From contig FIZK01000004.1 of assembly GCA_900018335.1 (NCBI GenBank), forward strand, positions 1 through 59,205: a DNA stretch of 59,205 bases, written 5' to 3'. Shown one piece after another: positions 54,267 to 59,205 of this stretch. The notes beneath the pieces are model-generated. The model ran no database searches. It was given only the letters and a program-made list of their open reading frames with translations, and was not told the origin of the DNA. This DNA is from an uncultured Clostridia bacterium. Its GTDB lineage: Bacteria > Bacillota > Limnochordia > Darwinibacteriales > Darwinibacteriaceae. A program made the translations under genes and the position numbers. The first letter of the stretch is position 1; each line of letters opens with the position of its first letter.

Positions 54267-55160
54267 CTAGTGGCTGCGCTGCAGGACAAAAACGGCCAGC
54301 TCGCGCAAGAGGCGCGCCCGCTCTGAGAAGCGCTCTAGAGCACCTAGGCAGTGCTCCACGCATTCTTCTGCCATCTGCCGCGATTGCTCCAGCCCGTACA
54401 GGCGGGGATAGGTCTGCTTGCCCGAGCGCTGATCGCTCCGGGTGGGTTTGCCCAACTGTTCAGCGTCGCCCACTTCATCCAGGATGTCGTCGGTGATCTG
54501 AAAAGCCAGCCCAAAATACTCAGCGTAGCGCGTAATCATTTCCAGTTCTTCCTGATTGGCCCCGCCCAGCAGTGCGCCGCCTCGCAGGGCTGCCCTGAAC
54601 AGTGAACCGGTCTTGTGGCTGTGGATATAACGCAGGGTCTCTTCGTCGGGAGCTCCATCCGCGCTGAGAATATCCACTGCCTGGCCGCCCACCATGCCCC
54701 GGGAACCTGCGCCCGAAGCCAGCTCTCCCACCACCCTTACCGTAACTTCTGGAGAAACCCCGTATTTTTCAGGCAGTCTTGCCAGTTCAGCAAAGGCCTC
54801 TGTGAGCAGTGCATCGCCAGCCAAAACGGCGATGGCTTCCCCATAGACAATATGGTTGGAGGGTTTGCCGCGCCGAAAATCATCATCGTCCATGCAGGGC
54901 AAATCATCGTGGATCAGCGAATAGGCGTGGATCATCTCCACAGCGGCGGCAAGCCCGGCCGTCTGCCGCACATCCCCTCCCACGGCAGCACAGGCCCCCA
55001 TGACCAGCAGGGCCCGCAGGCGCTTCCCGCCTCCCAGGGTCGAGTAGCGCATGGCTTTGTGCAGCACTTGCGGATAGGTGTCGGCGCTGGGCAACACCTG
55101 TTCCAGAATCTGCTCTATCTCACTAAGCACGCTAGCCCACTCCTGGAGGAAATCCTTCAT
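54267..55160 (-). CDS. ispA: Farnesyl/geranylgeranyl diphosphate synthase
   Basis: 297 aa with two Asp-rich motifs, LIHDDLPCMDDDDFRRG and FQITDDILD. Confidence 0.92.
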   Translation of the reverse strand: MKDFLQEWASVLSEIEQILEQVLPSADTYPQVLHKAMRYSTLGGGKRLRALLVMGACAAVGGDVRQTAGLAAAVEMIHAYSLIHDDLPCMDDDDFRRGKPSNHIVYGEAIAVLAGDALLTEAFAELARLPEKYGVSPEVTVRVVGELASGAGSRGMVGGQAVDILSADGAPDEETLRYIHSHKTGSLFRAALRGGALLGGANQEELEMITRYAEYFGLAFQITDDILDEVGDAEQLGKPTRSDQRSGKQTYPRLYGLEQSRQMAEECVEHCLGALERFSERARLLRELAVFVLQRSH

Positions 55161-55390
55161 TCTTCCTCCACCCCCAGTGGCTCGATGCTGCCCTCTTTCA
55201 CCATAATCTCGATTTTCGCTTCGGCCTCATCGAGCTTGTCGTTGCAGAAGCGAGCTAGCTTGACGCCTTCCTCAAACAGCGCCAAAGCTTCATCCAACGT
55301 GGCTTCTCCCTGTTCTAACAAGCGGACAATCTCCTCCAACCGGACCATCGCTTCCTCGAACTTCAGTTCATCAGACTTCTGTTCGCTCAT
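55157..55390 (-). CDS. xseB: Exodeoxyribonuclease VII small subunit
   Basis: 77 aa helical protein with FEEAMVRLEEIV and LE. It overlaps both xseA and ispA. Confidence 0.9.
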   Translation of the reverse strand: MSEQKSDELKFEEAMVRLEEIVRLLEQGEATLDEALALFEEGVKLARFCNDKLDEAEAKIEIMVKEGSIEPLGVEEE

Positions 55391-56579
55391 GTGAAGTTCT
55401 CCCTTCTACTCTGCACAAGAGGCGCCCTTGATAGAGAGCAACATGCACCGCATCCCCTGTGCTAACCTGCTGCGCGCTGCGTACCACGCGTCCTTGCTCA
55501 TCACTGCAGATGGCATAGCCCCGTCCCAGCGTCTTTAGGGGGCTGAGGGCCTCCAATCTCCCGGCTAGAGAGCCCAGCTGGCCGCGGCGCAGCTCCATCT
55601 TGTGGCTGGTGTGCAGGGCCAAACTGGTCAGGAGATCATCAAGTCTCTGCCGCAGCTGGTTCACCCGATAATCGGGCCTCTGCAGAGCGGCACTGCTCCT
55701 AAGCTGGTTCAAAAAGCGCCTTTCGGCGCTGATTTTCCTCTGGAGCGCCCTCAGCAAGCGCAGGGAAAGGGAACCTATGCTTCGCTGCAGCTCTTCCTGG
55801 AGGGGCACCACTAACTCCGCGGCGGCTGAAGGGGTGGGAGCCCGGAGGTCAGCTACAAAGTCGGCGATGGTAAAGTCGGTTTCATGGCCCACCGCGGATA
55901 CCACTGGAACGGTGGACTGGGCTATGGCCCGCGCCAACTGCTCATCATTGAAGGCTGCCAGTTCCTCGAAGGAGCCGCCGCCCCTACCGATAATCAGCAC
56001 ATCGCAATCGGTGCCCTGGGCCAGGTGCAACGCCCGCACCAGGCTCTCCGGCGCCCCCTCACCTTGTACCAGCGCGGGAATTACCAGCACCCGCACTCCT
56101 GGATAACGCCGGGTGAGCACGCGGATGATATCCTTCAGTGCCGCACCGGAAGCAGATGTGATCACACCCACCCTGCGGGGCAGCGCTGGCAGCGGCCTTT
56201 TCCTGGCCTGGTCAAAGAGCCCCTCCTGCTCCAATTTGGCTTTGAGCTGTTCAAAAGCCAGATGCAGCTCTCCGACCCCTTTTGGGTAGAGCATCTCCAC
56301 ATACAGCTGGTACTCGCCGTTGGGCTCGTAGACTCCCACCCCACCAAGGGCGATCACCGTGTCGCCGTTCTTGGGGAGAAACCTGAGCAGGCGGTTGCGG
56401 CTGCGAAACATCACCGCTTTGATCCGGCTGTGACTATCCTTCAAGGAGAAATACATGTGCCCAGAAGTATGGTGGACAAAATTGGACACTTCCCCCTCAA
56501 CGGCTAAGTTCTGAAAAACAGGGTCAGAAAGGGCAGAACTGATCTTTTTTGTCAACTCGCTGACGGAAATGGTCTGCAC
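55371..56579 (-). CDS. xseA: Exodeoxyribonuclease VII large subunit
   Basis: OB-fold N-terminus (ISVSELT, GEVSNF, SGHMYFSLKD). GTG at 56579 lies 6 nt after GGAGG. Confidence 0.9.
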   Translation of the reverse strand: MQTISVSELTKKISSALSDPVFQNLAVEGEVSNFVHHTSGHMYFSLKDSHSRIKAVMFRSRNRLLRFLPKNGDTVIALGGVGVYEPNGEYQLYVEMLYPKGVGELHLAFEQLKAKLEQEGLFDQARKRPLPALPRRVGVITSASGAALKDIIRVLTRRYPGVRVLVIPALVQGEGAPESLVRALHLAQGTDCDVLIIGRGGGSFEELAAFNDEQLARAIAQSTVPVVSAVGHETDFTIADFVADLRAPTPSAAAELVVPLQEELQRSIGSLSLRLLRALQRKISAERRFLNQLRSSAALQRPDYRVNQLRQRLDDLLTSLALHTSHKMELRRGQLGSLAGRLEALSPLKTLGRGYAICSDEQGRVVRSAQQVSTGDAVHVALYQGRLLCRVEGRTSHERTEV

Positions 56580-56601
56580 CCAGATCCTCCCTTCCCCGTA
56601 G

Positions 56602-57555
56602 CTACGATATCTCCAAGGCGCCCTCCCGTAGGGCGCTGAAATAGGCGGCTCCATAGGCGTTATCCACGCTGTAACGGGGAGCCGCAAAGTACAGCCTCCA
56701 ATCAGGAAGCTTCCTTGTGAGTTCTTCCCGGATCAGCCCGTTGGCGGCTACCCCGCCCACAAGCAGCAAATCGCGACAGTTCGTCTTCCCTTCGGCCCAG
56801 CGGATCCACTTCACCAGGGTGCGGGCAATACTGAGCAGACAAGACCTGGCACAGATCGCAGGCTCCACCTGGCCAACCAGCCTCTCCATGGCTGTAAGCG
56901 GCCCAGAAAAGCTGACCATACCTGCGCGGTGAAACGTGGGAACGGGTACCGTTTCCATCGTTTCCCCAGCCAGCTTTTCCAGCGCGGGCCCGGCGGGGAA
57001 GGAAAGCCCCAAGCTCACACCGAGACGGTCCACGAACTGACCCGCATGCAGATCGGAAGTCCCGCCCCAGAGATCCACGCTTAAGCGGTGGGTATGCTTG
57101 TCCCTGACTACGTGGGTCAACTCCGTTGTGCCTCCGGATAAGTGGATGGCCAGAAACTCCGATACAGTGGGGCCGGGCGCACTGGCTATGCCGCTCCAGA
57201 TATGGTTTTCCTGATGCGACAGCTCGTGGCAGGGCAAGCCCAGGAAGCTGGCCATGCTCGCCGCCAAACCCCAGCCCGGCAGAAACACAGGCATATAAGA
57301 ATCGTCCTGCGGACGCGGCTTCACGGAAACACCAAGGGCAGCGAGGCTGTGCCCCTCTAGAACATCCTGCAGGACGGCACTTAATCTCGGCAGATTCTTC
57401 ACATGTTGAAATAAAGCTTCTGATTGGCGCAATCCCCGCGAACCAGAAGCTACCTGAAGCAAAATGCGTTCATCGGCCATGACCTTTCCATTTTCGCCCA
57501 CTACGCACATGGATGTGGTGTAGTTACTCGTGTCAATACCGAGGAAGACTCTCAT
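56602..57555 (-). CDS. Kae1/TsaD-like ASKHA family protein (paralog, function unclear)
   Basis: 317 aa with GIDTSNY, the His pair SHQENH (HxxxH), HLSGGTTE, LVGGVAAN and SVDNA, aligning to TsaD motifs. Confidence 0.65.
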   Translation of the reverse strand: MRVFLGIDTSNYTTSMCVVGENGKVMADERILLQVASGSRGLRQSEALFQHVKNLPRLSAVLQDVLEGHSLAALGVSVKPRPQDDSYMPVFLPGWGLAASMASFLGLPCHELSHQENHIWSGIASAPGPTVSEFLAIHLSGGTTELTHVVRDKHTHRLSVDLWGGTSDLHAGQFVDRLGVSLGLSFPAGPALEKLAGETMETVPVPTFHRAGMVSFSGPLTAMERLVGQVEPAICARSCLLSIARTLVKWIRWAEGKTNCRDLLLVGGVAANGLIREELTRKLPDWRLYFAAPRYSVDNAYGAAYFSALREGALEIS

Positions 57556-57965
57556 TCGAAGCCCCCATCCCGGACCACCGTGCCCAATAGGCCGTTAATG
57601 AACCGGGGCGACTCCGCATCTCCAAACTCCTTGGCCAGCTCCACGGCTTCATTCACGGCCACCCTCACCGGGACCTCGTCTACGAACACGATCTCGTAGA
57701 TGGCCAATCTCAGAATGCTGCGGTCCACAAAACCCAGCCGGTGCACCTGCCAGCCTCTGGACACGGCAGCAATTTGGGCATCCAAGGCGGGCAGCTGCTG
57801 GACGACTCCACGCACCACCTTTTGCACGTATTCCTTGTTTTCCTCATCTAGTTCAGCGTCTGCCAGCCTCTGTTCCAGCGCCGACTCCACATTGCTCTGA
57901 GCCAAATCGATCTGAAACAGAGTCTGAAATGCAACCTGGCGTGCCAGCCGTCTACTCAAGCGCAA
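57552..57965 (-). CDS. nusB: Transcription antitermination factor NusB
   Basis: 137 aa with R, A, Q, LFQ and a C-terminal FINGLLG motif. Confidence 0.9.
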   Translation of the reverse strand: MRLSRRLARQVAFQTLFQIDLAQSNVESALEQRLADAELDEENKEYVQKVVRGVVQQLPALDAQIAAVSRGWQVHRLGFVDRSILRLAIYEIVFVDEVPVRVAVNEAVELAKEFGDAESPRFINGLLGTVVRDGGFE

Positions 57966-58184
57966 TCACCTCAAAAAACGTCGAAAAAAACCGTCTGATT
58001 CCTTGGGAGAATCGAGCAGCGCTCCGAAGAACGCCCCGGCCGCGACACACACGACCACAAACAAACCCTTCAGTACCCCATAGGCTATGATAATCCAGCC
58101 AAGAATGAGGCCGAGCAGAGAACCAAAGATCTTCCCCATGTGGGCACTGAGTAGGGCCACAAGCCTTTCCTTCATTGCGTACAC
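57966..58184 (-). CDS. Small integral membrane protein (DUF2273-like)
   Basis: 72 aa with two TM segments. It sits between amaP and nusB. Confidence 0.6.
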   Translation of the reverse strand: MYAMKERLVALLSAHMGKIFGSLLGLILGWIIIAYGVLKGLFVVVCVAAGAFFGALLDSPKESDGFFRRFLR

Positions 58185-58188
58185 CCCT

Positions 58189-58716
58189 CTAAACTATCCC
58201 AGGGAGTTCGGTGTCGGCCCTCGGCGAGATGCCCACCACAGAGACGTCGATCTCCTGGATCACAACTCCCACCGTTCTTTCCACATATGCCTTCACCGTT
58301 TCCTGGATCTCCTCGGAAAGTTCCCCGAGATTATGGTCGGGATAGGCGGTCACTTTGAGGGTTACTTTCGGATTCACAACATCCGTGAAAGAAGCCTTCA
58401 CCTGTTCCACACCGGCAATCTGACCAGCGGCTTCCACAATCAAACTCTCAACGCTCTCGGCGCTGATGCGCACCGAACCCAGATCCCTGGCATAGACGAT
58501 GTACCTCTTGGTTTCCCAGCGAGCAGCCAAGACCACCAAATAGGCAGCGAGCAGCACGAGAATAATAGCCACCAGCGAACCATCAAAAGCAAAGCCTGGC
58601 GAAGACAGCCACTCCAGCAGCACCTGGCTTCCGAACAGCGCGGCTGCAATTAGACCGGCAGCGATCACCAGCACCAAAGCACAGATTGCTAGGAATACCC
58701 GATCTAGGAGAGTCAT
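58189..58716 (-). CDS. amaP: Alkaline shock response membrane anchor protein AmaP-like
   Basis: Two N-terminal TM segments followed by an Asp23-like soluble part. ATG at 58716 lies 1 nt from the asp23 stop. Confidence 0.7.
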   Translation of the reverse strand: MTLLDRVFLAICALVLVIAAGLIAAALFGSQVLLEWLSSPGFAFDGSLVAIILVLLAAYLVVLAARWETKRYIVYARDLGSVRISAESVESLIVEAAGQIAGVEQVKASFTDVVNPKVTLKVTAYPDHNLGELSEEIQETVKAYVERTVGVVIQEIDVSVVGISPRADTELPGIV

Positions 58717-58717
58717 C

Positions 58718-59122
58718 TTACTTCCCCCTAGATGCGGGCATCTGTTGTTCTTCTTCTCCCTTCTTGTCCTGGGGGAAGTGCACGCCCAACACATGCAAGT
58801 TGACTTCCATCACGTCCAGGCCGGTCATAACTTCGATGGCTCTTTTCACATTTTCCTGAATCTGGGTGGCCACCTCGGGAATACTGTAGCCATACTCAAT
58901 GATCACAAATAGATCAACAACGCATTCATGCGCACCAACGTCCACTTTAACGCCCTTGGACAAGTTGCGGTGTCCCAGCATTTCTGCAATGCCTCCGGCG
59001 ATACCGCCACTCATCCCGGCCACGCCAGGCACTTCGGTGGCAGCCAAACCGGCGATGATCCCCACCACTTCATTGGCGATTTTCAGGTCGCCCAACTCAT
59101 TGCGGCGTTCGTTTTCAGACAT
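58718..59122 (-). CDS. asp23: Asp23/Gls24 family envelope stress protein
   Basis: 134 aa with IANEVVGIIAGLAATEVPGVAGM and GVKV, typical of the family. Confidence 0.88.
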   Translation of the reverse strand: MSENERRNELGDLKIANEVVGIIAGLAATEVPGVAGMSGGIAGGIAEMLGHRNLSKGVKVDVGAHECVVDLFVIIEYGYSIPEVATQIQENVKRAIEVMTGLDVMEVNLHVLGVHFPQDKKGEEEQQMPASRGK

Positions 59123-59143
59123 GTTTCACACCTCCTGTTCGCT

Positions 59144-59172
59144 ATTATACCAAACAATTCCTTATCCTACAA
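59144..59172 (-). promoter_or_regulatory. Extended -10 sigma-A promoter for the asp23 operon
   Basis: Minus strand has TTGTAG (59172..59167), a 17-nt spacer ending in TGG, then TATAAT (59149..59144). AGGAGG precedes the ATG. Confidence 0.6.
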
Positions 59173-59205
59173 TTTCCGTTTCCTTCAGCCACTGATCCAC
59201 AAAAT

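Noticed and set aside
1-59205. CRISPR arrays, rRNA or tRNA genes, and large direct repeats.
   Set aside because: No regularly spaced repeats or rRNA/tRNA-like segments were noticed on reading either strand. All intergenic gaps except 53547..54266 are shorter than 160 nt. Small dispersed repeats cannot be excluded without a computational self-comparison.

Overview
This is a 59.2-kb, roughly 58% GC chromosomal segment from an endospore-forming anaerobic Firmicute (Clostridia-like). It holds about 65 tightly packed genes, and all but one (30168..31400) are on the minus strand. No rRNA, tRNA, CRISPR array, transposase or integrase was seen.

The backbone joins three Bacillus-type conserved gene-order blocks:
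- yggS-sepF-yggT-ylmH-divIVA, followed by a T-box leader that probably belongs to ileS.
- ylxY-mlpA-ymxH-spoVFA-spoVFB-asd-dapG-dapA-rnj-tepA-ylzJ.
- asp23-amaP-nusB-xseA-xseB-ispA-dxs-tlyA-nadK-argR-recN-spoIVB-spo0A.

Two coenzyme-B12-dependent amino-acid fermentation operons sit inside these blocks, co-oriented and with almost no intergenic space:
- A 12.8-kb lysine fermentation operon (362..13164) lies between divIVA and the T-box. Its order is kdd, P-loop ORF, MutS-like ATPase, kamD, kamE, kal, kce, CoA-transferase A/B, kamA, thiolase, hbd, crt.
- An 8-kb glutamate mutase / methylaspartate operon (37889..45831) lies between spoIVB and spo0A. Its order is glmS, glmL, glmE, split AtuA-like DUF1446 + DUF4387, mal, an alpha-only Fe-S hydratase, and an unknown P-loop protein.

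Other notable content:
- A ~630-nt ORF-free structured RNA between ispA and a 4-TM protein gene, best explained as OLE RNA with oapA.
- A secreted beta-barrel-like protein ending in Phe, inside the sporulation block.
- A translationally coupled steA / MctB-like / GT2 / GT4 module.
- A Spo0A whose receiver domain has non-canonical active-site residues.

All functional calls rest on motif and family recognition by eye plus gene order. No database search was run.
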